Source of the DNA: a virus
Reading direction: 5' to 3' (one strand)
Virus record (IMG/VR): IMGVR_UViG_3300017748_000003
Span: 10,021-74,020 of that record
DNA length: 64,000 nucleotides
How positions within the stretch are numbered: the first letter of the stretch is position 1; each line of letters opens with the position of its first letter. This document shows positions 37,208-47,296 of this stretch, piece after piece. The position numbers and the translations under genes are program-made. The notes beneath the pieces are model-generated. The model ran no database searches. It saw only the letters and a program-made list of their open reading frames with translations, and was not told the DNA's origin.

Positions 37208-38731
37208 TTACCCATCATCTACTGAGCTAATGTGCTTCATGGTTAAAGCCTCATGCACTTGAAGCTCTACATAATTAACCCAGCAAGGATTACCGGCTAC
37301 CCTGCTAGCCAACGCTGGTATAAACCCTGGATTATTAGCAGTCATAGTCCCTACCTGAGATGCAGCTAAGACAGCCATATACTTCTCTCTATTATCTCTT
37401 GAAGCAGGTAAACAGAACTGAGATAACTGAGAATCGTTTAAAGATAACGTAGAGTAGCCTAATACTTCACGCTTCCAGTAGACCTTAACTTGACCACACA
37501 TCTTACTTAAGGTTGAGATCTGTTCATCGTCATCAATGTTAACGTAAAAGGCCGTAGTAAGCTCTTTAAAGTCTTCCCCCCATAAGCGAGACATAGCTAC
37601 CTCGTTAGCGTAAAATGGGTCATCTGAGAAACGCATAAGGCTCTCTTCTGTAAAATCATCCCTAAGCTTTACTCTGCCATTCTTTATAAGCCATTCAAAA
37701 GAGTCCTTACTCATAAAAGACACCGGCTGGTAAAGCCCATTGCGCTCCCTGTCTCTAGCTAAAGCCCACGACCTAGCTAAATAATCCTCAATATCTTTAT
37801 ATGGATCACCGATACTAGAGTCTGTAACTACAAGATCAACAGACTGCTGCCAAGTCCTGTTAGAACACTCATCTCTAATAACCTGCAACTCATCATCAAT
37901 GTTGCCGTTTCTCCAATGCTGAGATCGTTCAAAAGGATCGCTATACTCAGGACCCTCCTCTAAATTTACAGGCTTGTAGCCATTCATCATAGAGTTAAAG
38001 CAGCAATCCCATACTACCTCCATGCTGTAATTATTTAGGTCCTCCATCTTCTGAAATGCCCACATTGCTTTAGAAGGTAAGTGGATAAACTCAGGTCCTA
38101 TCAAAGAACTCAATGTTGTCTGAGATGCTAGTATAACTGTAGAAGCTACCTTATCATCGCCAAGCTCGTCCTTAATATTAGCAGCACTCCAACCAGACGC
38201 TCCTATAAGAGATCCTGACATACACTGATGAGACACCCAATCAATAGTCTTACGATGATCTTCTGGTAAATCTAAAAGACTAATTATGTATTGTAGAGCA
38301 TCACCACCATTCTCATCGTCATACCCATTACACTCGCTTTTGCCTATCCGTAGGCATTGAGACATAATATGAGGAATGTTAATATCAGGCTCTCCACCAT
38401 ACTTAGTAGACAGGACCGCTGAAATCTTATTGTCTATGCATATATCTTGAAGCCTTTGACAAAACATAACAGCCCACTCCATATCTGGCTGTAGATAATC
38501 TGGGTCCTCTTTAGCCCACGCCTCAATGTGTAGCTCTGCCGCCGCTTTAGACCATGCCCATATAATAGGCATAATGTCTCTACGGCCATAGATAAGCGGG
38601 ATAACTAAGGAGAAATAAATGTTAAGGTTAGCCCTAGTCATGTGCATTTTAGGGCAATCAGCAGGAGAGTTTACCTCAACTCCAAGCTCGTGAATTTCTT
38701 TTCCTTCTATAGGTGAATTAATAAGTGGCAT
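37208..38731 (-). CDS. large hypothetical protein
   Basis: ~507 aa from MPLINSP; no recognised motif. Confidence 0.65.
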   Translation of the reverse strand: MPLINSPIEGKEIHELGVEVNSPADCPKMHMTRANLNIYFSLVIPLIYGRRDIMPIIWAWSKAAAELHIEAWAKEDPDYLQPDMEWAVMFCQRLQDICIDNKISAVLSTKYGGEPDINIPHIMSQCLRIGKSECNGYDDENGGDALQYIISLLDLPEDHRKTIDWVSHQCMSGSLIGASGWSAANIKDELGDDKVASTVILASQTTLSSLIGPEFIHLPSKAMWAFQKMEDLNNYSMEVVWDCCFNSMMNGYKPVNLEEGPEYSDPFERSQHWRNGNIDDELQVIRDECSNRTWQQSVDLVVTDSSIGDPYKDIEDYLARSWALARDRERNGLYQPVSFMSKDSFEWLIKNGRVKLRDDFTEESLMRFSDDPFYANEVAMSRLWGEDFKELTTAFYVNIDDDEQISTLSKMCGQVKVYWKREVLGYSTLSLNDSQLSQFCLPASRDNREKYMAVLAASQVGTMTANNPGFIPALASRVAGNPCWVNYVELQVHEALTMKHISSVDDG

Positions 38732-39257
38732 CAGGGATAGTTTTGCAGTCACTTTTAGGCGACCAATTAGTATGTTGTTGTGTTCTAGCGTTATTAGCTG
38801 CACGGTCTACAAGCTCATTCTCAGGGATTCCAGAATGACCCGGAACCCATCTAAGTTGAAACAATCTGTATTCTGAGTGCGTGTGAATTAACTTCTCGCC
38901 AAGCTCAATAAGTTCTCTGTTCTTAACTTCAGATCCATTAGATGTCCTCCACCCTGAGATCTTCCAAGCATCAACCCAATCAGTTAGGGCATTTAAAGCG
39001 TATTTAGAATCAGTAAAGATAAGCAGGGGATTAGTATACGAGGGTCCGGAAGGAATAAACTCAAGCGACCTAACGATAGCTAACAACTCCATCATGTTAT
39101 TAGTAGCATCATCAAAACTACCGTAACGAACGGCTTGCTTACCTAAGTATGTAACGTAAAACGCCCACCCTCCTTGTCCCGAAGGATTAGGGTAACAAGA
39201 CCCGTCAGTATATACTACTACGGTATTTGGATCATCAGCATCTATAAAGTCGCTCAT
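38718..39257 (-). CDS. rnhA: ribonuclease HI
   Basis: YTDGSC.PNP.G.GGW, TNNMMEL, TDSKY, VKN..L, WVPGHSG...NE..D. Confidence 0.95.
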   Translation of the reverse strand: MSDFIDADDPNTVVVYTDGSCYPNPSGQGGWAFYVTYLGKQAVRYGSFDDATNNMMELLAIVRSLEFIPSGPSYTNPLLIFTDSKYALNALTDWVDAWKISGWRTSNGSEVKNRELIELGEKLIHTHSEYRLFQLRWVPGHSGIPENELVDRAANNARTQQHTNWSPKSDCKTIPDATY

Positions 39258-39263
39258 AATTAT

Positions 39264-39304
39264 AAAACCCAGCCCCGTTTGTATAAGACAGCAGGGGCTG
39301 GGTT
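39264..39304 (-). terminator. Rho-independent terminator
   Basis: AACCCAGCCCC-loop-GGGGCTGGGTT then TT. Confidence 0.7.
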
Positions 39305-39323
39305 CTTGTCCAGCTTAAATTAA

Positions 39324-40319
39324 CTACCCTTCCTCTGGAGCGTTGTGAACTGCAATCCACTCCGTAATTATATGATCCATACAGGCAGACTCGGTAGCCT
39401 CAGCACCGATAACCTCCCTAGCAGTATCAAACGCCTTGCGCCAATTAGTAGCCATATCCTCAGGAGCAGCTAGATGGAAAGTCTCCACCTTAGCAGTCTG
39501 ACGAGAGCCATGCACCGACCCTTCAGTATCATTGCTGACCAACTCCTCGGTAACATAATCGTGAAGCTCGACCGCAGTATGATCCTTAGCCTTCTTAAGC
39601 CAATCACCTACGTTATCCTTAGTAAGATGCTCTTTAAGGGGGATAAGCTCTCTTAGCTTAGTCCACCCTACCTTAGCAATAGCAGACTCAGTAGTAATCT
39701 GCGAGAAGCACTCGTAGATATTAACGTAGTAATCAGCAGTCCTAGGGGCTAAACCTAGCTCGTCCTTAACATACTGATTAAACCCCGTAAGGTCTGATCC
39801 GTAAACAGGAACCTCAATGCCTTCGTCATTCTCTTCTACAACTTCAGAGTGAAGATTATTACGCTTAATAAAGGCCAAGATACCTCCTAACACCCAGACC
39901 GTCTTCTCCTTACGCTCAGCGTAATCATAAGCTGCATCAAGGGCATCTCCTTTGTGCTCCTTCAAAGCAGCAGTAATGGATGCGGTCTTCTTAAACTTAG
40001 GAACAACGCTTTCCAGCAACTCATCTGCTTCCTCCTCTAAGACTTTTGCCTCATCCTCTAAAACTTCTGCTTCGGACTCTAAGTCTTCTGCCGACTTCTC
40101 TTCAGCTTTTGGCTTTTCCTTTAGAACCTCAAACTCTTCAGAATCTAAAGAGTCTTCAATCCCATCCTTACCCTCTACATTATAAAGGTCTTCCTCTGGG
40201 TCGTAGCCTGTAACAGTAAGCATAGCCCCCGCTTCTAAATCGCCTTCGGGCATACCCTCTGCGTATTTAATGAACTTAACCTTAGTCCCATCGGGAATAA
40301 TCTGTTTCTTTTTTGCCAT
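39324..40319 (-). CDS. conserved phage hypothetical protein (GWTKL motif)
   Basis: Start at MAKKKQ; own promoter at 40380-40408 and own terminator. Confidence 0.65.
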   Translation of the reverse strand: MAKKKQIIPDGTKVKFIKYAEGMPEGDLEAGAMLTVTGYDPEEDLYNVEGKDGIEDSLDSEEFEVLKEKPKAEEKSAEDLESEAEVLEDEAKVLEEEADELLESVVPKFKKTASITAALKEHKGDALDAAYDYAERKEKTVWVLGGILAFIKRNNLHSEVVEENDEGIEVPVYGSDLTGFNQYVKDELGLAPRTADYYVNIYECFSQITTESAIAKVGWTKLRELIPLKEHLTKDNVGDWLKKAKDHTAVELHDYVTEELVSNDTEGSVHGSRQTAKVETFHLAAPEDMATNWRKAFDTAREVIGAEATESACMDHIITEWIAVHNAPEEG

Positions 40320-40451
40320 ATTGTATTGTTGGTAGTGTTTATTAAGTGGTAGCCGGAACACCCAGCATTCACGAGAAAGACTATAGCACAGCGCGGGAAT
40401 GTTTGCAAGCACTTTTTTACTTACAGTCAAACAATTTGCACGAATTGCAAA

Positions 40452-40874
40452 TCATCTTCTTGTTCTTTTAGCCTTAGCCAGCGTTACTCCTTTGCGTTGG
40501 AGCCTCTCTGCTTTACTCTTTCTGTCGTGACAGTTCTTGCAGAGAGCTTGGAAACCTTCAACCTCTACAAACATCCTTTCAATGTAAGTATCCCAATCAA
40601 CAAAACCTGTATTAGGATCTACCACTGGCTTAATATGATCTGCTCTCATCTCGCTCTGAGGGAACAAATCATCGCACATAGAACACTTATGAAGTTTACA
40701 CATTCTACCCGTTTTAGGGTTAGGGCCTCTGCTAACAAAAGCTCTCTTAATGCATAAATACTTAGGACCCCATCTAGTTGAAGCATTACGGATAGCAGAC
40801 GTAATGAAGCTACGAAACCGCGCCTCAGTCCACTGATTTGTATTCCTAGTTTTTGGGCCTCCTAATGGCATCAC
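40452..40874 (-). CDS. HNH endonuclease
   Basis: CSMC..ADHIKPV..QALCKNCHDRKS. Confidence 0.85.
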   Translation of the reverse strand: MMPLGGPKTRNTNQWTEARFRSFITSAIRNASTRWGPKYLCIKRAFVSRGPNPKTGRMCKLHKCSMCDDLFPQSEMRADHIKPVVDPNTGFVDWDTYIERMFVEVEGFQALCKNCHDRKSKAERLQRKGVTLAKAKRTRR

Positions 40875-41788
40875 TCTCTAGCGAAACAAGCTACACACTG
40901 ATCACAGTTCTTCGCAGTTGAAGTTATTGGGGTATTACACGAATCTAAACGTAAAGGGAGCCGTGGTAAGTTTTTAGAGCCTTTAGCAGCAGCCCTCCAA
41001 TCCCTCACACGCTCAGCCTTACCCCACATATTATCAAGAGTATCAAGAATCATCTTATCGGGCTTAACGTGAAACTCCTTATACGGTCTAGCTCTAAAAT
41101 CTTTAGCTACATAAACCACAGAAACTTCATCATCAGTATCATACACCGAAGATGCCATTCTCTGATAACTTGCAGCTTGAATAATATGATCCGGTTTTGG
41201 CCTATCTAAAGTATCAAACTCTTTTGCGGCTATAGATTTAATCTCAACTACACGCTTCTTCTTAGTATCTGGTCTTATATAAATAAGATCTGGGTTTCCT
41301 ACGATCATGTAATCGTAATCCCATACAGGTATTTCTCTAAACCTATCAGCAGGATACCCACACTTTTGGCAAACTTCACCAGTAAATTCTCCTTCAACCT
41401 CCAAATCACCACAACGGCATACCCATTTAGCTAAAACATTCTTATGTCCAACGTTTGATATAAAAGAAGTTCTAACATGATGTTCAGCGGCACGACCCAA
41501 AGCCCATATAATCCTCATCGCAGACATAACCTGTCTAGTAGCTTCTCCGGTTATCCCTTTAAGAATTTCTCTGCGCTCACACATACCTATCAGAGAAGAC
41601 AGGTGAATATAGTCAGAGCCTCCGCGCATTACATCAGGAGATGAGTCAGCCTGTAAAACCTTCCCGATAAAATAGTTATCGCCATGCTCATCCTCAGACC
41701 TAACTGGTGTCGGAATAGGCGGGGATTCTATAGAAGGTTTAGGCGTATCTCCATTAAGCCTAGACTCAAGCTTGTTAATTAAAGCCAT
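40871..41788 (-). CDS. Cas4-like PD-(D/E)XK exonuclease
   Basis: C.R, G...H, GNPD, EIKS, Q...Y, terminal Cys cluster. Confidence 0.75.
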   Translation of the reverse strand: MALINKLESRLNGDTPKPSIESPPIPTPVRSEDEHGDNYFIGKVLQADSSPDVMRGGSDYIHLSSLIGMCERREILKGITGEATRQVMSAMRIIWALGRAAEHHVRTSFISNVGHKNVLAKWVCRCGDLEVEGEFTGEVCQKCGYPADRFREIPVWDYDYMIVGNPDLIYIRPDTKKKRVVEIKSIAAKEFDTLDRPKPDHIIQAASYQRMASSVYDTDDEVSVVYVAKDFRARPYKEFHVKPDKMILDTLDNMWGKAERVRDWRAAAKGSKNLPRLPLRLDSCNTPITSTAKNCDQCVACFARE

Positions 41789-42128
41789 CAGTAAGTGCGT
41801 CTAAGACATAAGTAGGGACTACAGCAAGTTCGTGTAATCTACGTCCTTGATCATCAATAAACTCAACTACGATAGCAGGGACCTCACCATTAGGCAAGGC
41901 TGCTCCCTCAATCTTATTTACTATCTCTTGAGTAACCGAGAAAGATTTATTCTTAGTGGTCTTAGCCTCAATACGGACAACCTTTTCTACGCGAACATCG
42001 CCTTTCTCATTACCAGATCCTGAGCCTCGTGTAACTCTACCGCCTACCCTATCGGCAATCTCACTCTCTTGCTTAGGGGATCTAGCATGAGAATTAGATT
42101 GAAACCTTTTACGCTTAGGTGTCTTCAT
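41775..42128 (-). CDS. Holliday junction resolvase-like PD-(D/E)XK protein
   Basis: QE..IA...GG..T.GSG..KGDV..IEAK. Confidence 0.75.
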   Translation of the reverse strand: MKTPKRKRFQSNSHARSPKQESEIADRVGGRVTRGSGSGNEKGDVRVEKVVRIEAKTTKNKSFSVTQEIVNKIEGAALPNGEVPAIVVEFIDDQGRRLHELAVVPTYVLDALTDGFN

Positions 42129-42132
42129 ACAA

Positions 42133-42678
42133 TTAAAACGGGCAGTTAGAATCTGTATCAGACCCCCAATCAATATCAGATAAAGTTGACTGATCTATCC
42201 AATCATCCTCCTCTGGGCTTTCACTAGAAGGGAGACCTATGCCTATTTCATGCAGCATAACCCAACGGCCATCACCTAACTGAATTTTTTTCTCGTAACA
42301 CCCTTTTCTAGAGTTTTCGGAGGCAGTAATAACTCTTACGTTTTCTACCGAATAACCTAACCTAGCGTTAATTCTATCTATATGTAACTGCTCGGCTCCA
42401 CGACCCTTTGCATCAAGGTATCCACTAGCTTCAGCTATAGCCATAAATTCATCGTAGGTAAGACTAAACGATATATTTTTCCTAGAAGCGCGGGACTTAA
42501 CCTGATGATAAGAGTTACGTCCAGGATTCCTAACTCTCCAAACACGCTGCTTGCATTTAGAGCAAAGCTTACGGTGCTTAAGATGCGGGTTTCTACAGTG
42601 CTTTACAGCGCAAAGCCTACCTTTATCGTGCTCAACCAGAGTAACAATATCTTCAAGAGGAATGTCAATCTCAGCCAT
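42133..42678 (-). CDS. HNH-like endonuclease with N-terminal Cys knuckle
   Basis: HIDRIN...GYS.ENV......N..K. Confidence 0.65.
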   Translation of the reverse strand: MAEIDIPLEDIVTLVEHDKGRLCAVKHCRNPHLKHRKLCSKCKQRVWRVRNPGRNSYHQVKSRASRKNISFSLTYDEFMAIAEASGYLDAKGRGAEQLHIDRINARLGYSVENVRVITASENSRKGCYEKKIQLGDGRWVMLHEIGIGLPSSESPEEDDWIDQSTLSDIDWGSDTDSNCPF

Positions 42679-42696
42679 CTAATTAAGCTTTAATGA

Positions 42697-43869
42697 CTAC
42701 GATACCTCTTTCAGCTTAACTAACCTGCCTATATGAGAAGTAAGATACCCGTCAGGCGGTAACGCATTAAGACCTTTCATTTCTCTCTGATGCGAAATAA
42801 TAGATCTAGCCAGAGTATCACGCTCTTCTTCATGCTCTTGAAGAAACTCTGATATTTCAGAGAGCCTACCAAACTTTGTGCTATTAGTCTCTTTAGTAAG
42901 GCATTTCCAAGAAGAGCCGCCTCCTGTAATAAAGCCCATCTTCTTACCGTAAGTCATAATCTGATGAACATTATCATAAGCCCCTTGCTCTAACCCCGCC
43001 TCATTATCGGGGTTTAGTATAAGCTGCCATGCACCTTCTTTAATAGATGCGCCATGCTTAGTTTTCTCAAGCTTAAATAACTGCTCGTCATACTCAGGAA
43101 CATCAATACCCATGCTATCCTTACCCATAACTGTCTTAGCTAATGCAAGCTTAATCTTGGTAGTAGGTATGTGATTAATCTGCCTACCTCCGGGTAACGT
43201 GTAAGGAGACCCTAATACGAATCCTACCTTCATACGATATTGATTAACCATCCAAGGTGTAACGAAATGACCTTTACGCTTTTCAGCGTTACCTGTGCCT
43301 ATCCATTTCTGGCATAGCTTACCCATAAGCCTTGGAAGCTGAGCCATTGTATCGTCCTCTGCTGACTTCTGTAAAATCTGCATAGGAATACACCCGGGAA
43401 TTGAATCAATAAGAACGACACCCATAGAGGGTATCTGAAGCCAATCCTCAAAGAAGTCTACGGCCTCCTCTCCTGTCTCAGGCTGAGTAACTAGCATCCT
43501 AGTAGTATCAACCCCAAGCTTAGCACCCCAATCTGGATCATAAAGACCCTCAGAGTCTATCAAACCTACTATTCGGTCTGGATTCTTTTTCTGGTATTGT
43601 GCCAAGCCTTTAAGAAGAAGGGTTGATTTTCCCGTAGATTCTTTGCCGTAAGCCATAGTAGGAAACGACTGAGGAAATCCTCCTAATAACGCTAAATCAA
43701 GTATAAACGATCCTGTAGGTATATGATTACACCTAGGTAATTGATCTCCTCTAAGAACAGCACCCTTGCCAGATCTCTTCTCTGCCCTATGTATAGCTTC
43801 TAACGCATCCTCTGGTAAACCTGATGCCCGTATTGTTGTTGCTCTTCTCTTTCTTACTGTAGTTGCCAT
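42697..43869 (-). CDS. recA: RecA-like recombinase
   Basis: IPTGS..LDLAL.GG.P, GKESTGKST, IDSE, QPETGE, IDS, NQ.R, PGG. Confidence 0.9.
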   Translation of the reverse strand: MATTVRKRRATTIRASGLPEDALEAIHRAEKRSGKGAVLRGDQLPRCNHIPTGSFILDLALLGGFPQSFPTMAYGKESTGKSTLLLKGLAQYQKKNPDRIVGLIDSEGLYDPDWGAKLGVDTTRMLVTQPETGEEAVDFFEDWLQIPSMGVVLIDSIPGCIPMQILQKSAEDDTMAQLPRLMGKLCQKWIGTGNAEKRKGHFVTPWMVNQYRMKVGFVLGSPYTLPGGRQINHIPTTKIKLALAKTVMGKDSMGIDVPEYDEQLFKLEKTKHGASIKEGAWQLILNPDNEAGLEQGAYDNVHQIMTYGKKMGFITGGGSSWKCLTKETNSTKFGRLSEISEFLQEHEEERDTLARSIISHQREMKGLNALPPDGYLTSHIGRLVKLKEVS

Positions 43870-43902
43870 AAATGTAACTGTGTTCTTTGCACGGTGTGCG
43901 AA

Positions 43903-44205
43903 TCAATTTTCCGCTCCTTCCATAGCTTTATCGTATTCTTCGTCTAAGTATTTCTCCACCAGAGCGGAAGCTCTTTCCTTAGCCTCGTCATAATCCTTGT
44001 CGGTTACACCGCACGGAACTACAACATTAACGTGAACTTTCACAAAATCGAACTCGCTTACTTTCTTAGTAAGCCCACCTCCGACTTCTACTGATCCTAA
44101 TTCGCCCTCAGTCTCTTTGCCCGTCACTTCAAAGCTAACAGGACTTGTCCCCGTTGTAGCTTCTCCATGCTTGACAGACCTTCTTGATCTCTTTGCTGTT
44201 GTCAT
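43903..44205 (-). CDS. hypothetical protein
   Basis: 100-aa ORF. Confidence 0.55.
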   Translation of the reverse strand: MTTAKRSRRSVKHGEATTGTSPVSFEVTGKETEGELGSVEVGGGLTKKVSEFDFVKVHVNVVVPCGVTDKDYDEAKERASALVEKYLDEEYDKAMEGAEN

Positions 44206-44759
44206 TATTTATTAAGCTCGGTCATCTTCTCATGTAATTCTATGATAACCAAATTATCGGTTGCCCTAAAAGCCGAACGTCCTGCAAGACCATCCCTAAG
44301 AACTCTAGCTAATCCATCAGCCTCCTTAACAGTAAAAACTCTCTGGCCTTCTACAGTAGAACGTGTAGGTCTTGGAAATTTGTTAGACTCAATCCAACCA
44401 GACAATACTTTAGGAACAATACCTATAACCTCTGCCATCTTGTCTATAGTAAGAACCTTCTTAGATCTAGTAGAGCTACCTATCTTCATCTTCCTAGTAA
44501 CCGTAAAGGCCGCAGCGTTACCTGCGTGACCCCCAAATCCTTTAGCTTCAAAGCTACCTGTAGAATCTCTGTAAGATTTACGAGAACGCTTAATACACTT
44601 GCGCCGATACTCTGCATCTTTCTCGTAACGCTCTCGCCTAACTTTAAGATATTTCTTCTGATATTCCTTATTACGCTTCCTACGAGCCTCATCAGCTTCT
44701 TCTTGTGTAGCGTATTTTCTTGGCCTACCGGGACCCGCCTGTTTGTTACTTGCACTCAT
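44205..44759 (-). CDS. DNA-binding protein: AT-hook plus MerR/AlpA-like HTH
   Basis: GRPRK; LTIDKMAEVIGI....LSGW....KFPRP...RVFT. Confidence 0.65.
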   Translation of the reverse strand: MSASNKQAGPGRPRKYATQEEADEARRKRNKEYQKKYLKVRRERYEKDAEYRRKCIKRSRKSYRDSTGSFEAKGFGGHAGNAAAFTVTRKMKIGSSTRSKKVLTIDKMAEVIGIVPKVLSGWIESNKFPRPTRSTVEGQRVFTVKEADGLARVLRDGLAGRSAFRATDNLVIIELHEKMTELNK

Positions 44760-46147
44760 ATTGAACTATATTTTATCTTCTTTAAAGTAATGTTGCCATC
44801 ATTCTCATACCCCCTAAGTCTAGCCCTAGCATAACCTTGAAACTTATTAATGCCTGTATCTGTAATAGAGAACCATATAGGATCAGGTTTATCTGGGTGT
44901 GGCCTTCGTGCCCTACCTATAGCTTGAATACCGTCAGCTATTGGAAGTGCTTCTACGCCAGCATCTATACGTGGTATATCAACACCTTCCTTCATCATAG
45001 CATAAGTTGCAACAATAATCGGACACGATTCTTTGACAGTCTTTAAGTAACTCTGTTTATTCTTAGTTTCATTACCTTCCTCGTCTACACGAACCCCACA
45101 GAACTGACCAATATCTTCCCAAGGTATTCCTTCTGCTGCTAACAATCGTGATAACCGATGAACGTGCTCGTTAAACCTAGTAAGGAACAGCCCGTTTCTA
45201 CCCTCATCATAAAATCTAACTCCAAGCTTAACCAGCATAGCGTTCCTATCTTCTAGGCGAGCCAAGTATTGCATACCTTTAACATCGCTTCTGCACTTAT
45301 CAATCCATCTAACCCCATAATGAGGATAACTAACATTATAACAGGTAATACCAAGTCCTTCTTGTTTAGAATTTACTCTAACAGGACCAAAATAATTAAA
45401 CACTAAATCATCGCACCCGTCTTTCCTCTTAGGGGTAGCCGATACTGCAAGCTTATAGCTAGCGTGAAACAGCGGCATTGTCTTAGAAAACTCAGCGGCC
45501 CCAAGCCTATGACACTCATCCCAGCAGACAAAACCAAAATACCTGTAAAACTCTTCAGAGTATTCCTTAAGAAATAAATTATGTAAAACTACAGTAACTA
45601 AATACTTCCCCTTCCAATCTTCCTTACCCGCTCCTACAGATCCAATCTCAGACCTATCTAACCCTAAGTGATTAACAGCTTCGTCTTGCCACTGATCAGC
45701 CAAAACATTAGAAGGCACAATAATAAGTGCTGGCCTAGAGAACTCGCCTATAGCGTTAAGAGCGGTAACTGTCTTTCCAGATCCAGTAGGGGCGCACGCT
45801 AATACAGTGTAATTGTCTTCTAATGCTTTAATAACGTCATTAAAGAATTTTTCCTGACCGGGTTGAGCCTTAGGATGCTTAGGATCAGGTCGTTTACGAA
45901 CGGGAATCTTGTGCTCGCCTAGAGACAAGTTATCGTCAAACTTTAATTCGCTAAACCTATCAAGCCCAAAGTTTATCGGAACTCCTATCTCTCCATCCTT
46001 CTCTTTCCAATTATAGATAGGGTCATTAGCCGCCTCAGTCATATAATCAGGAGGCGGTTGTATAGTAAGTCTACTCAATGCTACGTCTAATCTCCCAGCC
46101 GGAACTTCCTCCGGCCTAAACCATAACATAGAATCTAACCTAGCCAT
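44756..46147 (-). CDS. superfamily 2 helicase
   Basis: PTGSGKT, DECH, SATP.R.DG, EGVDIP, QAIGRARR. Confidence 0.9.
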   Translation of the reverse strand: MARLDSMLWFRPEEVPAGRLDVALSRLTIQPPPDYMTEAANDPIYNWKEKDGEIGVPINFGLDRFSELKFDDNLSLGEHKIPVRKRPDPKHPKAQPGQEKFFNDVIKALEDNYTVLACAPTGSGKTVTALNAIGEFSRPALIIVPSNVLADQWQDEAVNHLGLDRSEIGSVGAGKEDWKGKYLVTVVLHNLFLKEYSEEFYRYFGFVCWDECHRLGAAEFSKTMPLFHASYKLAVSATPKRKDGCDDLVFNYFGPVRVNSKQEGLGITCYNVSYPHYGVRWIDKCRSDVKGMQYLARLEDRNAMLVKLGVRFYDEGRNGLFLTRFNEHVHRLSRLLAAEGIPWEDIGQFCGVRVDEEGNETKNKQSYLKTVKESCPIIVATYAMMKEGVDIPRIDAGVEALPIADGIQAIGRARRPHPDKPDPIWFSITDTGINKFQGYARARLRGYENDGNITLKKIKYSSI

Positions 46148-46192
46148 AACAACCACCCCCTAATATAATTTGCACACAGTGCGAATCAGACC

Positions 46193-47221
46193 TTACTCCC
46201 AGATAACATCATCGGGAGCATCATCAGAAGCAACCTCCTCCGTATCACCCTCGCTAACCTCGTCAGCTTCTTCTGCATCAGAAACAGGTCTACGCCGTCT
46301 ACGAGTAGAGCTTGGCTTCTCCTCTTCTACATCAGAAGTTTTACGCCGACTTCTACGCTTAGACCCCGCAGGTGCTGACATATCAAGATCATCACCACTA
46401 TCTACGATAGATTCAGCGCGTGATCCGGCTGGATCATCAGGATGCCCGAACTCCTTATAAATCTCTTCTGGATCTACGGGAGGGAACACCTCACGATAAT
46501 TAAATGGCTGTAAGTCTTCGTTTTCTTGTTTGTAAACTTTCCCATCTCGATTCTTCATAGCCTCGTGACCGAAATCTTCAATCAAGTCTTCTTCACTAAG
46601 CATATCAAACATAGTCCCGTCATCAAGCAGAGTAGGAACTCCGGTCCTAAACGTCTTTCCACCCGGCTCACGCTTCATAAATAGAAGCATACCGCGCATA
46701 GTTCCATGCTTCTTCATAGCTATCTCTTCAAGCTTAGCGAAAGCTGGATACTGGCCTCTAGTAAGAGGGAGTAGCTTACGAGACTGTTCAATGACTTCGC
46801 CACTCTTCGTAGTATAAGGCTTAAGCACAAGCACAGTAAGAAACAGCATAAGTGATGGATCTCCATACTTAGCACTAATAGGACAAGGTAAGTCAGAGTC
46901 TTTAAGACTAGGACGTATATTACCCCAAGTAGACTTACCTGTATTAGGATCTGGTAGTTGTAGATTATGCTCGTAACGGACAAATCCACTATCAATAGAT
47001 TCATCTAAGATAATAATCTCAGCTTCATCATCGCCTTCTTTAAACTTCTTAGAGTCAGGTGATGTAAGCCAGAAGCGGAAAGGCATAAAGCCTGAGGAAC
47101 GCTTAGCATCTTGACGCTTAGCCTCCTCTTCCATCATCTTTGCGACACGCCCTTTTGGAGCAGATTTTGCTTCGCTATCATCAGCAGAAGCCCTTCTTTT
47201 TCTTGTAGTTGATGTTGCCAT
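46193..47221 (-). CDS. putative single-stranded DNA-binding protein
   Basis: RFW.., CP motif, long acidic disordered tail ending DDVIWE; lies between primase and helicase. Confidence 0.55.
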   Translation of the reverse strand: MATSTTRKRRASADDSEAKSAPKGRVAKMMEEEAKRQDAKRSSGFMPFRFWLTSPDSKKFKEGDDEAEIIILDESIDSGFVRYEHNLQLPDPNTGKSTWGNIRPSLKDSDLPCPISAKYGDPSLMLFLTVLVLKPYTTKSGEVIEQSRKLLPLTRGQYPAFAKLEEIAMKKHGTMRGMLLFMKREPGGKTFRTGVPTLLDDGTMFDMLSEEDLIEDFGHEAMKNRDGKVYKQENEDLQPFNYREVFPPVDPEEIYKEFGHPDDPAGSRAESIVDSGDDLDMSAPAGSKRRSRRKTSDVEEEKPSSTRRRRRPVSDAEEADEVSEGDTEEVASDDAPDDVIWE

Positions 47222-47296
47222 CTTTTTTATTTAGTTACCCCACCTTCGGGGCCGTTAGAAACTTAATACAGCGAATGATTATACGCAAGTAAATTT